64,000 nucleotides of DNA from Dendrobates tinctorius (taxonomy: Eukaryota): contig NW_027361723.1 in the NCBI RefSeq assembly GCF_039654945.1, forward strand, positions 2,666,001 through 2,730,000, written 5' to 3'. The position numbers were made by a program, and so were the translations under genes. Positions 1 to 14,448 of the stretch are shown piece after piece; the stretch's first letter is position 1, and each line of letters starts with the position of its first letter. The notes beneath the pieces are model-generated. The model had not been told where the DNA came from and did not search any database. It saw only the letters and a list, made by a program, of their open reading frames with translations.

Positions 1-3000
1 GGTCCTTTTTTCTGTCAGGATTGATCCAGCTGCACTGAAGACTCTTTCCGATAGCACACTTGCAGCTGGGCAAGCGAGCCCCTGTAAGGCATATTGGGCC
101 AATTCAGGCCAGGTGTCCAGTTTAGCGGCCCAATAGTCAAAGGGGAATGACCTGTGTGGAAGAACATCGATATGGGAGGAAAAGTAGTTTGTAACCATAG
201 TTGACAACTGCTGTCTCCTGTCACTTTCCATCAATGCAGTATTACCAGTTGTGTGAGCAGTACTTGAAAAATCAGTCCACAACATTGTCATGAAACCCCT
301 GTCTCCAACGCCACTTCTGCTGTGTGCACCACGAACACCTCTGCCAAGCTGCCCCCGGCCCGTACGGCTCGTGTGAGAACCATCACCGCTGCTGTGTGCT
401 GGGAATGCCTCAAGCAACCGATTTACCAGAGTTGCTTGTTTGTTAGCCAATATTAGGTCAAGGTTCTCCTGTGGCATGATGTTTTGTAATTTGTCTTTAT
501 AGCGTGGATCCAGGATGCTGGCCAACCAGTAGTCGTCATCGTTCATCATTTTGGCAATGCGGGGGTCCCTTTTTAGGATCTGCAAGGCATAATCTGACAT
601 GTGGGCCAATGTTCCCGGTGTCAATGATGCACTGCGAGTGCTGGTTGGAGGAGCACTTTCTGGCAAATCCACATCCCTCCAGTCACGCACAAACCCTGTA
701 CCAGACCTTGCCACGCCAACATTTTCACTTGCCCCACGAGATGCATCCTCCTCCCCTAAGTAATCATCCCCATCATCATCCTCTTCCTCCTCTTCTTCCT
801 CCACCTCGTCCAGGAGAGGTCCCTGAGCAGACAATGGCTGAATGTCATCAAGGATTCCCTCCTCGTCAACATTGGCTGCAGACGCCTGCTCCTTAAGGTG
901 CGTCAAAGTTTGCATGAGCAGAAGCATAAGTGGGATGCTCATGCTTAGGATGGCGTCTTCTGCGCTTACCAGCCGTTGTGCATTACTCAAAACACTGAAG
1001 GACTTTACAGAGGTCTTTCAGCTTCGACCATAGCACACCTGTCAACTCCATGTCTGCTCTCAAAGTGCCTGGCCGTGTATCCTCCCACAAATGCATTATG
1101 GCCTGCCTCTGCTCGCACAGCCGCTCAACCATGTGCAGGGTGGAGTTCCACCTTGTTGCAATGTCGATAATGAGGCGGTGGTTGGGAAGGTGGAGCAATC
1201 GCTGCAGCTTCTGCATACGAATGGAGTGTACAGGCGACCGGCGGATGTGCGCGCACAGTCTTCGCACCTTCTGGAGCAGGGCTGTTAACTCCGGATAATT
1301 TTTGAGGAAGCACTGCACCACCAGGTTCAAGGTGTGAGCCAAGCAAGGTAGTTTTGAAAGGGCTATGGCTGCCACAAAATTACGGCCGTTATCACTAACT
1401 ACCTTGCCTGCCTCAAGATGTACACTGCCCAGCCATGACTCAGTTTGTCGCTGAAAGTACTCGGCCAGCACCTCGGCGGTGTGTCTGTCGCCCAAACACA
1501 TCATCTGCAACACAGCCTGCTGACGCTTTCCACTAGATGCTCAATAGGGGGACACCTCGTGTGCAACAGTGGCAGCTGCAGATGGAGTGCTCGTACGACT
1601 GCGCTCTGTGGACGAGCTTTCGCTTCTGGAGGAGGAGGAGGAGGAGGGTGGAACGCCTACAGCCAACTGTTTCCTATACCGTGGGCTAGGCAGCACTGTC
1701 CCACCACCGCTGTCCTCTGTGGACCCTGCATCCACCACATTAACCCAGTGCGCAGTGATGGACACGTAACGGCCCTGGCCATGCCGACTGGACCATGCAT
1801 CAGTTGTGAGGTGCACCTTTCCACTCACTGACTGCTTGAGTGCATGGACAATGCGGTCTTTCACATGATGGTGGAGGGCTGGGATGGCTTTGCGAGAGAA
1901 GAAGTGGCTACTGGGTAGGTCATAGCGTGGTACTGCATAGGCCATGAGTTCGCGGAAAGCTGCGCTTTCCACCAACCGAAAGGGCATCATCTCAAACGAG
2001 ATTAGTTTGGCAATGTGGGCGTTCAAACCCAGTGTACGCGGATGAGAGACTGAGTACTTTCTTGACCTACTCATAGTGTCTGGGAGGGTGAGCTGGACTT
2101 GAGAGCTGCATATGGTGGAAGTAGCGGTGGACAGGGCGGACTGAGAGAGGGTTGATGATGGTGATGGAGTTGGTGTTCTTTCTGATGGCCTAGATTCAGT
2201 ATTTCGTTGATATAACAGTGGGATTCCCTGACTGCTGTGGCCTTGCAACGACACCTCAACATTTGCTGCTGTGCTGACCGGTGGGCTTACAGTGGGGGAA
2301 ACAATGTAGCATTGCTGACTACCTTCTTTGTGATCAGTTGCACATGTGGTACTTGAGGTTTGGTGTTGTGTCCACGCTTGCAAGTGCATGGTGGTTAAAT
2401 GTCTAAGCATGCAACTGGTATTCACATTTTTCAGATTTTTCCCTCGGCTAAAAGTCTTTGCGCACTTCTTACAGATAACCTTGGCCTGATCATGAGGATT
2501 TTGTTCAAAAAAGTGCCACACTGCACTCTTCCTACTTTGGCAGACATTTTGCGGCCTAGCACGCTGTGATATTTTGACCCTCTGGACAAGCTGTCCAACA
2601 ACTCTTTTGATTTTTGGAACCTGTCTTTGGAGTGCTCCGTGCCTGCCAGATAACAGCTGTTGCGATGTCGATGTCTGCTGTGGATGCTCCTCATCTGAGC
2701 TATTGGAAGCAGCACCCTCTTCCCCCAATGGATGCCAATCTGGGTCAACAACTGGGTCATCCATCACCTCCTCTTCAATGTCATGTGCACCTTCCCCTGT
2801 GTCACCGTGTATGGTGGTATAGTGTGCGGGAAGGGGCACCTGAGTCTCATCAGGGTCAGAATCTGGCTCTGTACACTGCGAGGACAATGTAGTGCTCTGA
2901 GTGAATGTACCAGCAGAATCATCTATCAGTGGCTGTGCATCAGTGCACTCCATGTCAGATTCATCTTGGCCTGGGTAATTCACCATTTCACTTGATAATC

Positions 3001-3421
3001 CAGGCGTGGTATGTGAAAACAGCTCCATGGAGTAATCAGTAGTATGGCCTGCGTCATCCTTCAATCTTGGTTGGGGTGAAGGACACAAGGAAAGGTGTGG
3101 TTCATGAACATGAGCCTCCAATGATGACTCAGTGCTTTTACTTTTTACAACTGAATAAGAGGAGGCGATAGAGCTGGAGGCTGAGTCAGCAATGTAAGCC
3201 AAAACTTTTTCCTGCAGCTCTGGCTTTAAAAGCGGTTTGCCAACTCCTAGAAAAGTAAGCCTTCGAGGCCTTGTGGAGCCAGACGATGACGCAGGCTCAA
3301 CACCTCCTGCATTCGGTCCTATTTTGCTCTTGCCACTACCATCAGATCCACCACCAACACCATCATTACCAGCTGCCAACCCCCGCCCAATTCCACGGCC
3401 TCTTCCACCAGCCTTCCTCAT
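1..3421 (-). pseudogene. hAT transposase pseudogene (BED zinc finger + DDE/RNase H fold)
   Basis: ATG at 3421 (MRKAGG). ORFs 1541-3562 and 983-1513 carry BED (VWHFF..CKKC..RHLTTMH), TTDAW, VSDNG, CLAH and TRWNS. In-frame stops at ~1541 (CGA>TGA) and ~983 (GAA>TAA), plus a 9-bp deletion relative to the copy at 21256-24780. Confidence 0.92.
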
Positions 3422-3489
3422 TTTTGGTAGAAATGTAGACAAAATCCAACAAACTATATAGTAATGTAAAACAAGGTACAAGGTGTCTA

Positions 3490-4755
3490 TAGGACAGGGG
3501 AGATTTTGAATTTCTGCACACACTTGTGGACACTGGACACTTATGGATTGTGTGAGGCCCACTGAATATCAGAGCGCTATGTCACAGGCTTGATGGCACA
3601 GGTGTGAAAAAAGTGACTACAGGATAAGGGAGATTTTGAATTTCTGCACACACTTGGGGACACTGGACACTTATGGATTGTGTGAGGCCCACTGAATATC
3701 AGAGCACTATGTCACAGGCTCGATGGCACAGGTGTGAAAAAAGTGACTACAGGATAAGGGAGATTTTGAATTTCTGCACACACTTGTGGACACTGGACAC
3801 TTATGGATTGTGTGAGGCCCACTGAATATCAGAGCGCTATGTCACAGGCTCGATGGCACAGGTGTGAAAAAAGTGACTACAGGATCACGGAGATTTTGAA
3901 TTTCTGCACACACTTGGGGACACTGGACACTTATGGATTGTGTGAGGCCCACTGAATATCAGAGCGCTATGTCACAGGCTTGATGGCACAGGTGTGAAAA
4001 AAGTGACTACAGGATAAGGGAGATTTTGAATTTCTGCACACACTTGTGGACACTGGACACTTATGGATTGTGTGAGGCCCACTGAATATCAGAGCGCTAT
4101 GTCACAGGCTCGATGGCACAGGTGTGAAAAAAGTGACTACAGGATAAGGGAGATTTTGAATTTCTGCACACACTTGTGGACACTGGACACTTATGGATTG
4201 TGTGAGGCCCACTGAATATCAGAGCGCTATGTCACAGGCTCGATGGCACAGGTGTGAAAAAAGTGACTACAGGATCACGGAGATTTTGAATTTCTGCACA
4301 CACTTGGGGACACTGGACACTTATGGATTGTGTGAGGCCCACTGAATATCAGAGCGCTATGTCACAGGCTCGATGGCACATGTGTGAAAAAAGTGACTAC
4401 AGGATCACGGAGATTTTGAATTTCTGCACACACTTGTGGACACTGGACACTTATGGATTGTGTGAGGCCCACTGAATATCAGAGCGCTATGTCACAGGCT
4501 TGATGGCACAGGTGTGAAAAAAGTGACTACAGGATAAGGGAGATTTTGAATTTCTGCACACACTTGTGGACACTGGACACTTATGGATTGTGTGAGGCCC
4601 ACTGAATATCAGAGCGCTATGTCACAGGCTCGATGGCACAGGTGTGAAAAAATTGACTACAGGATAAGGGAGATTTTGAATTTCTGCACACACTTGTGGA
4701 CACTGGACACTTATGGATTGTGTGAGGCCCACTGAATATCAGAGCGCTATGTCAA
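3490..4755. repeat. 130-bp tandem repeat, ~10 copies, upstream of the hAT transposase
   Basis: GGTGTGAAAAAAGTGACTAC recurs at 3601, 3731, 3861, 3991 and onward. Confidence 0.95.
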
Positions 4756-6114
4756 AGGCAGAAATTGGCTAGTGTATCACAAACTACAAGGTGTATATAG
4801 AATTGGGCAGAATAGGAATCTCCCTAGAGTGTAGGTCTGTAAGAACGGAACAAGTCCTCCACTTATCCTTCCACAGTGACACACAGATAGCTTCACTGTG
4901 GCCGTGATAACAGCCGTTACACGGTACTGAGAGGAGCGTGCACGTACACGGCTGTCCGGTGTACGTAAAATTGTCAAGCTCCGTGTTTTTTAAGTATACG
5001 GACTGACACACGCTGTCTCTCTATAGTTTTGAATGTAATCAAACAGCAAATATATTTAACTGTTTGAAAGCTAGACAAAACTAGTAGGTGCAGGTCTGAA
5101 AGAACGGAACATGTCCTCCACTTATTCTCACAGAGTGACACACAGATGGCTTCACTGTGGCTGTGATAACAGCCGTTACACGGTACTGTGTGAGGAGTGT
5201 GCACCGCTGTATGGTGTGAAAAAATGCACGCTCAGTACCTCAGCAGGACAAAAAAAAAAAAATTGGGATTGCTTTTAAAAAAGCAGTTTGCAGAGCAGTG
5301 GGTAAACAGCAATGCAGCCGTCAGGAAGCCTTAGAAGGCAGCGTAACAACCAACACCCCTGATCCACCAAAATATAGCCTCCCCTTGCACCGCACACACA
5401 GTGACTGGTGTGTTGTACAGGCAAAATCGCTAGCAGCAGAATCAGTTTTTTTTTTCTTCTTCCCTGCCTAACGCTCTCCCTACAGAATCATCAGCAGCAA
5501 CCTCTCCCTATGCTAAGATCGGCAGAAGTAAGATGGCGGTTGGCGTGCACGCCCTTTTATACCCCCTGTGACGCCCACCAAAGCAAGCCAATCACTTGCA
5601 TGCCCTTCTGAAAGATGGTGGTGACCCGTGCCTATGTTATCACGTTGCCCACAGTGTCCGTGGATCCTGATTGGCTGAAAAAGAGCGCAAAACAAACTTT
5701 TGAAACGCGACTTTGGCGCGTAAGTCGCTGACCTCGTGGCCGACCTCATCCTAGGGTCGGGTTTCGTTTCATGAAACCCGACTTTGCCAAAAGTCGGCGA
5801 CTTTTGAAATTTTTCGACCCATTTCGCTCAACTCTAGTATTGGGTATGAGCATTAAATGGCCGCAAATAGCGCTATATGGCATCCGGAGAACTACTTTGA
5901 AGGCTACATTACTACCTGGAGGTGTCTATTTCTATATGGAAGGTTTACAGCTGTGCGTGGGGGGTTTTGCATGATAGATAGGAGGCATACAGCACAATAA
6001 GAGGGTACGCTGCAGTATATGGAGCTTCACTGTGCTATTTAGATGTATACAGCACTATATGGGGGTACACGGCGGTATATAAAGCTGCACTGCATCCCCC
6101 ATATAGTGCTGTAT

Positions 6115-6698
<584 letters not shown>

Positions 6699-6717
6699 GC
6701 TCCGCCATCACCCCAAA

Positions 6718-6733
6718 GGCTCTTCTAAGAGCC
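6718..6733 (+). terminator. Histone 3' stem-loop (H2B) with HDE AAGAGCTG at ~6751
   Basis: GGCTCT-TCTA-AGAGCC. Confidence 0.9.
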
Positions 6734-8223
6734 GCCCACCCCCTCACCATAAGAGCTGCTCCTCCGCTGCCCTGTGTAGTGTCCTCATCAAGGCCGTGCA
6801 TGTGCTGAGCAGCTCCTTTCCGGAGAAAACGTCTACACTGGGACCTCCTCTCTCCAATAGGTCAGTGATAATGATTGCAGGTGGTGCGTTGCACTCGGCG
6901 ATAGGTCCTCGCTCTCCCGCAGCTGGTAATGATGATCTCTGCTCAGTGACATTTCCAGTAGATTATCCTCCTGGTTGGATCTCTGCTTTCTCTTTATCTC
7001 CTCTGACATTAACCCTTTCCATTCCAATTTGTGAGTTTCCTGTGAATGCTGGGGGTGGTAGTAGTGAGGTGCAGACACAACACTGGATGAATCCAGGAGC
7101 CGCGCTACAGCGATCTATGAGGGCACCCGGCCGTCACTGCGCTTCACTGGAATAATACAAGTTCATGGAGTCTCGGATTCTACACACTCCTTTTCCTTCC
7201 GCTGTCCGGTTTATGTGCGGGTTCTCCCTATACGGATCGCACTCTCTCAGGAATAGATGGCGGCTGCGGTTTCTGATATCACAGGTGAGAAGTGAGATTC
7301 CAGTTATCGCTCAGCACTTTCTCTAGTCTCATCCATTGTAAGGGAGAGGGGTATGGTGTGCACAGCCGGGGTCTGCGGTGCTTGAGGCGGATTCTGTACA
7401 GAGCAGAGATTCAGCAGGAATACGGTCACTAAGGAGTTGAAAGTAAATTAAGTAGCGGGCGAATGGTCGGTTCTTTATTTCGATGTTCCGCCGTCATTTA
7501 CTGAGCCGTTAGTGAACCCTAATTTCCCGCTCAGTCGCACATTGCGCTCCGGAGAAGCGTTAGCGATCACAATCTGATGTCACACGCGCTGGGTCCTGGT
7601 GCCGCCTCTCCAGTGTGTTCTGCCTATACCCGTATTTGTCCCCGGATCGGTGCTGGCGCCTTCCCACTCCCTTTTCTATATTGTCTTAGTGAACATTATT
7701 CCTGACGTTGATTGGAGCAGATCCCGTGCGCGGCGATGGTCGCTGCAGATCACATCGGTGGTTGGGGATCGTTATCTTGTATCTGATATTTCTCCTCTTC
7801 TCCGGGGATGGAGCCTCCGGGACTCGTTACATGCGGCTCCCTGCCCTGTACTGGCCGCCACCACCTGTAATGAGGAGCGACTGCCTGGGTCAGATGAGGC
7901 TTCTGGAGATCACTGTCCCTAAAGTATTTATTTACTTATTACATTTTGAAGAAGCTGGAAAATAGCAACGGAAAAATCCAAATAACGGACAGATCTAGCG
8001 GCGGCGCCGCGATGGGGAGTTTTGTTGAATATTCTTTGTAACTTAGAGGCGGGAAATTCAAAATCACCAACAGTCCTGTATTCAGCCAATCAGAGAAGAG
8101 GAGGAGCTTAACTGCGAATTCAATACTAGAACCCCCGCCCCGGAAACCGTCATCCCTCCTGTTCTCGCTCCGGTCCGCACCTCCTCCATGTAAAGTAAAG
8201 GACTCTGCGCTCATCAGTCTTAG

Positions 8224-8622
<399 letters not shown>

Positions 8623-8986
8623 TGATCTCCGCTGTGTGATGTGGCCAAATGGTTATCTGGATATACTATATGGGTCATGAATTCCTGTATGGATGAAATA
8701 TCTAGAGCGCTTTATAGAGGCTACATCACAGTATAGGCATTCACCACACTCTGAGGGTACACACACCTTACCCCTCTCCCTATATTAACGTTGGTTATGT
8801 TATAGACGCCGCATGTTTTACAATGGATGAGAATAGAGAAAGGTGAGATTTCAGTTATCGCTCAGCAATCACCTGTGATATCCGAAACCGCAGCCGCCAT
8901 CTATTCCTGAGAGTGCGATCCCTATATGGAGAACACGCACATAAACCGGCAGTTCAGGACTCAGCTCGTTTTTGGGAAGATTTGGT

Positions 8987-9002
8987 GGCTCTGAAAAGAG
9001 CC
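8987..9002 (-). terminator. Histone 3' stem-loop (H3 fragment)
   Basis: Reverse complement is GGCTCTTTTCAGAGCC followed by ACCAAA. Confidence 0.9.
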
Positions 9003-9031
9003 TTTGTGTTGTGGTTGGAGCCCGGGAAGAT

Positions 9032-9514
<483 letters not shown>

Positions 9515-9769
9515 TCAAGTCAATGGGACTTCCGGTATCGGAATTAAAAAAAGGCCTTTATTTCCTTGTTGGCTAATTCTACATAATTGAAAACAAATAA
9601 GAATCATGTAGAATGTATTGTGGGCGGTGGAGGAGACATTAACGGCATAGTGGTTTATTCAAATCACATGGCACAGCATTAAATCCAATTTTTTTTTTCA
9701 AGACGTTCGGAGTTAAAAAGATATTGACTATGTTAACCTTTTTTATATTTAGTCAGATATGTGTGTTTC

Positions 9770-10400
9770 ACAACTTCCTTGCTCTTCACCTTCTTTTGTA
9801 CTTCTCCCACACTTTCTCCTTCATGATCCGCAGCAGTAGCATTTTTTTCATCAACTGTTTCTTCACCTTATTCATCTTCTTCTTCTTCATCTTCTCCCCA
9901 TTAATTTTTTTTTCCATTCTTCATATTCTTCTTATTCAGCTATTATTAATTTTCATATGCTATTTCTTCATCTTCTTCCTATTCTTCTTTTTCTTCATTT
10001 TCTTATGGTGACAGGCATTCCTGTAGTACTTATCTATAAAAGTTATAAGATTACACCTTACGTTCTGCCTGTCACAAAAGATTTACAAAAGGATTTGTCC
10101 GCGTTCAGTTTGGCCTGCAGCAGCAGGCATTTTCCAGGGGCACCACGAGGAGGAACAGACTCACCCCCATTTACTGCTTAGTCTTCTGCTTATAATTTTG
10201 ATTTCTTCTATGCTGATTTTTTGTCTTATGCTTAATGTTCTTCTGCTTTCTGTTGTTCTGCTTTTGCTTCTTGTTCTTCTGTATCTTGGTGGTTGTCTTC
10301 ATGTTCTTTGTCCTCTTGGTCTTATTATTTAGGGTCATATTTCTGGTCTTCTTTGGTGTGGTCTTCAGGGTCGTCGTCATCATCATCAGGGTCATCGTCA
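9770..10400. repeat. Pyrimidine-rich (CTT/TCT) low-complexity tract
   Basis: Degenerate TTC repeats. Confidence 0.8.
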
Positions 10401-10484
10401 TGGAGATCAATAAGGATTACCAAAGACAATTTCAAAAAGCTTGATCTTGGAAATGTAGCAGAAGGTACAAGAAGGCTGAGAAAC

Positions 10485-12125
10485 TGGCGAGAACCAGCAG
10501 ACAGTGCTGGCACCCGGATGGGTAGCAGAAGGAACAAGAGCCAATGGCACTACTGAGGACCAACTGACGGTGCTGGACCACGGTTACTAAGCAGAAGGTA
10601 CCTGTGCTAAAAAGCACTACCAAGGACCAGCTGACGGTGCTGGACCTCGGATACCGAGATGGAGGCACCTAGGCCAAAGGCTGTGGCGAGAACCAGCAGA
10701 CAGTGCTGGCACCCGGATGGGTAGCAGAAGGAACAAGAGCCAATGGCACTACCGAGGACCAACTGACGGTGCTGGACCACGGTTACTAAGCAGAAGGTAC
10801 CTGTGCTAAAAAGCACTACCAAGGACAAGCTGACGGTGCTGGACCTCGGATACCGAGATGGAGGCACCTAGGCCAAAGGCTGTGGCGAGAACCAGCAGAC
10901 AGTGCTGGCACCCGGATGGGTAGCAGAAGGAACAAGAGCCAATGGCACTACCGAGGACCAACTGACGGTGCTGGACCACGGTTACTAAGCAGAAGGTACC
11001 TGTGCTAAAAAGTACTACCAAGGACCAGCTGACTGTGCTGGACCTCGGATACCGAGATGGAGGCACCTAGGCCAAAGGCTGTGGCGAGAACCAGCAGACA
11101 GTGCTGGCACCCGGATGGGTAGCAGAAGGAACAAGAGCCAATGGCACTACCGAGGACCAACTGACGGTGCTGGACCACGGTTACTAAGCAGAAGGTACCT
11201 GTGCTAAAAAGCACTACCAAGGACCAGCTGACGGTGCTGGACCTCGGATACCGAGATGGAGGCACCTAGGCCAAAGGCTCTGGCGAGAACCAGCAGACAG
11301 TGCTGGAACCCGGGTGGGTAGCAGAAGGTACCCATTGAAAGCAAAGTAGCCAGGCCGCAGTTACCGAAACCCACAGTCCTACAGGGGGTCCATGTCCCAT
11401 TGGCACTACGGATCCAGCCTTCAGTGCCAGTTCCCGCAGCCCACATAGGAGTCACCTAAACTGCAGGCACCGTAGAGTCGGCTAACCCGGCCGCAAGACG
11501 ACAGGACAACAGATTGGTGGCATAGTGACCTTGACACTACCCGGAAACAGCAGGCGTGCTGGAACCAGGCTGGGCAACAGGGAGTCCCCGTGCCAAAGGC
11601 ACTGAAGACAACCAGCTGACTGTGCTGGAACCCAGATGGGCAGCAAAAGTACAAGAGCCAATGGCACTACCGAGGAACAGCTGACGGTGCTGGACCACGG
11701 TTACTAGGCAGGAGGTACCTGTGCTAGAAAGCACTACCAAGGACCAGCTGACGGTGCTGGACCTCGGATACCGAGATGGAGGCACCTAGGCCAAAGGCTC
11801 TGGCGAGAACCAGCAGACAGTGCTGGAACCCGGGTGGGTAGCAGAAGGTACCCATTGAAAGCAAAGTAGCCAGGCCGCAGTTACCGAAACCCACAGTCCT
11901 ACAGGGGGTCCATGTCCCATTGGCACTACGGATCCAGCCTTCAGTGCCAGTTCCCGCAGCCCACATAGGAGTCACCTAAACTGCAGGCACCGTAGAGTCG
12001 GCTAACCCGGCCGCAAGACGACAGGACAACGGATTGGTGGCATAGTGACCTTGACACTACCCGGAAACAGCAGGCGTGCTGGAACCAGGCTGGGCAACAG
12101 GGAGTCCCCGTGCCAAAGACACTGC
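10485..12125. repeat. 199-bp tandem repeat (~4 copies) followed by a 520-bp tandem duplication
   Basis: Near-identical ORF translations offset by 199 (10607/10806/11005) and by 520 (11204/11724). Confidence 0.9.
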
Positions 12126-12979
12126 CGAGCACCAACTGGTGTTGTTGGAGCCCAGGGACAATCATGGTGTAGGCCGAGGCCTACTTGGTGGTAGTTTTAG
12201 ATTGTTTGTAGGCTACAACAGACTGTCAACGTGCTCCAATTAGGCATCTGTCTCCACTCTGTTTCCAGGATTTCACGTGACTACCAACACCGCCAGTTTA
12301 TGCGTACAGTAGCCGTCTGCCCAATCCACACGTGTTCCTGTGTTACTGGTGTTCTGTAATGTCAGCAGATCCCCTGATGTTTGTCTGCCAATGTCTCCTG
12401 CTCTGTCCACATTCCCACCACTTGCAGTGGGAAGGTGGACAGCGCAGGAGACAGTGCCGGACACACAGGGCCGGACTGGGACTAAAATTCAGCCCTGGCA
12501 TTTGAAGTTACACAGGCCCACTAGTCACATGGTGACTATATAATATCTTTGTACACTTGTAGTTTACAAGAAGTGAGAGGAGATTAACACGACTATATAA
12601 CATGTAGTCATAGCTGTGCCCAGTATTTCAGCTCAGTCCTATTTATTGCTTTTAGGTACAGTACTCCTCCCTAAGCTCTGTCCCCTTTTGTATGCATGAT
12701 TACAGAATTCCTGGCAGAACTGCTCTCTATTGGGCAACCAGACCCCCTGGTCATAGCCGTCCCTATCATATGTCCCAACTTTTGAAGAAGGGAAAGATGG
12801 ACAAAGACTGCGGCGCGCTCAGCGCGCCGCTGCAAATTTTGGCCACGCCCAGCCACACCCATTTCACAACTAGTCACACCCATGTGCACACCTAATCGCA
12901 CCCATTTAGCACTGCTGATCACACTGACTGGTACTGAGGGCACAGTGGCTGGCATTATGGGCACACTGACTGGCACTAA

Positions 12980-13240
12980 GGAAGAGAGAAAACAGAGAGA
13001 GAGAGAAAAAAGAAAACAGAGAGAGCGAGAAAGAAAGGGGAAAGAAAGAAAGAACAGAGAGAGACAGAGAAAGAACAGAGAGAGAAAGAAAGAGGGGAAA
13101 GAAAGAAAGAACAGAGAGAGACAGAGAAAGAACAGAGAGAGAAAGAAAGAACAGAGAGAAAGAGAGGAAAGAAAAAGAAAGAAAGAGGGGAAGAAAGAAC
13201 AGAGAGAAAAAAGAACAGAGAGAGAAAGAAATAAAGAAAG
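12980..13240. repeat. GA-rich simple repeat
   Basis: AGAGAGAAAGAAAG-type tract. Confidence 0.9.
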
Positions 13241-13569
13241 ATTCTACAAAGATACTATAGCAGCCTGGCTCCCATTGTAGTGCCCACCTGAGCCTCCCGG
13301 TGCAGGACCTATCATGATCCGCTCACATGGCCGGCATCCCCGATTCCAAGGCGATCCTGCTGTCTGTGCTGTCGGAGGAGGACACGGTGATGGATCTGAA
13401 GCATTCCTAGTTCCGTCACAATCTCCTCAAGAAATTATCTCATTTCCGGTCAGCTTCCAGCACATCACTTCAGGTGGAACGTCATGTGTGTGTTTTAAAA
13501 TGCTCCTCGGGGCTCCGCCGTGTACTCCTGTGTCCGTGGGAAAAGCCCGCTTTGTATGCTTTGTACACA

Positions 13570-13910
13570 CTTGGCTCCGCTCCGTACATCCCGTACACAT
13601 ATGGCTCCACTCCGTACACACACGGCTCCACTCTGTCCACCTCGTACACGCGTGGCTCCTCTCCGTACACCTCATACACACGGCTCCTCTCCGTACACCT
13701 CGTATACGTGCGGCTCCTCTCCGTACACCTCGTACACACACGGCTCCGCTCCGTACACATCGTACACACACGGCTCCGCTCCGTACACCTCGTACACGCG
13801 CGGCTCCTCTCCGTACACCTCGTACACACGGCTCCGCTCCGTACACCTCGTACAAACGGCTCCGCACACCTCGTACACCCACGGCTCCGCTCCGTACACC
13901 TCAGACACAC
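13570..13910. repeat. ~30-bp minisatellite CGGCTCCGCTCCGTACACCTCGTACACA
   Basis: ~11 imperfect copies. Confidence 0.9.
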
Positions 13911-14448
13911 ACAGCTCTGCTACATCCACACTGTAAATCCTGACCCCACACATACTTACCTCAACTAGCACCATGACAACAGAAAAACAGAGTCTTGCAG
14001 ACGGTAGAGGCAAGGCTGAGCGCACAGGACCTGTGGTGAGGTCACAGGAGGGGCGGAGTCAGGGGTGACATGATCGGGGGTCTGGACAAAGGCTCCTGAT
14101 CATGTGACCCCCTGACTCCTCCCCTCCTGTGACCTCATCACAGGTCCTGCGAACAGAGCGAGCAGGCAAACGAGTGCGACGCTGTGAGTGGCTGCGGGGG
14201 GGAGGGGGTCTCATGCTAGGGCGAGGATGGGGGGGCGTGGCGGCTTATCTCCCTGCAGTGCTGGAGGAACTTGGAAACTATCACCCCCGTGCCCGCAGAG
14301 GGCCAGCGGCAGGAGCAACAGTGGCCACAGCAGCTGGCAAGCGGCCAGATGATTGGGCGCTGCCGCCCGCGGCCCACGTGACAGCGGCCCACGTGACAGC
14401 GGCCCAGCGGGAAAATGCCCGGTTGGTTATATTGCCAATCCGGGCCTG

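Larger units (their letters stand above)
1..5836 (-). mobile_element. hAT (Ac-type) DNA transposon, copy 1; 3' part runs off the window
   Basis: Terminal TCGCTCAACTCTA ends at 5836 (reverse complement of TAGAGTTGAGCGA). Subterminal region nearly identical to 25750-26322 and 17392-17960. Contains a transposase pseudogene and a 130-bp array. Confidence 0.9.
12466..14448. mobile_element. Non-autonomous hAT element with 8-bp TSD CGGACACA
   Basis: TIRs CAGGGCCGGACTGG / CCAATCCGGGCCTG (12/14 match). TSD at 12458-12465 and 14449-14456. The flanks rejoin to match the uninterrupted repeat at 15260-15290. Confidence 0.9.

Noticed and set aside
12882-14025. K/R/E-rich and RTPRT-repeat ORFs
   Set aside because: Derived from a GA tract and a 30-bp minisatellite inside a non-autonomous TE
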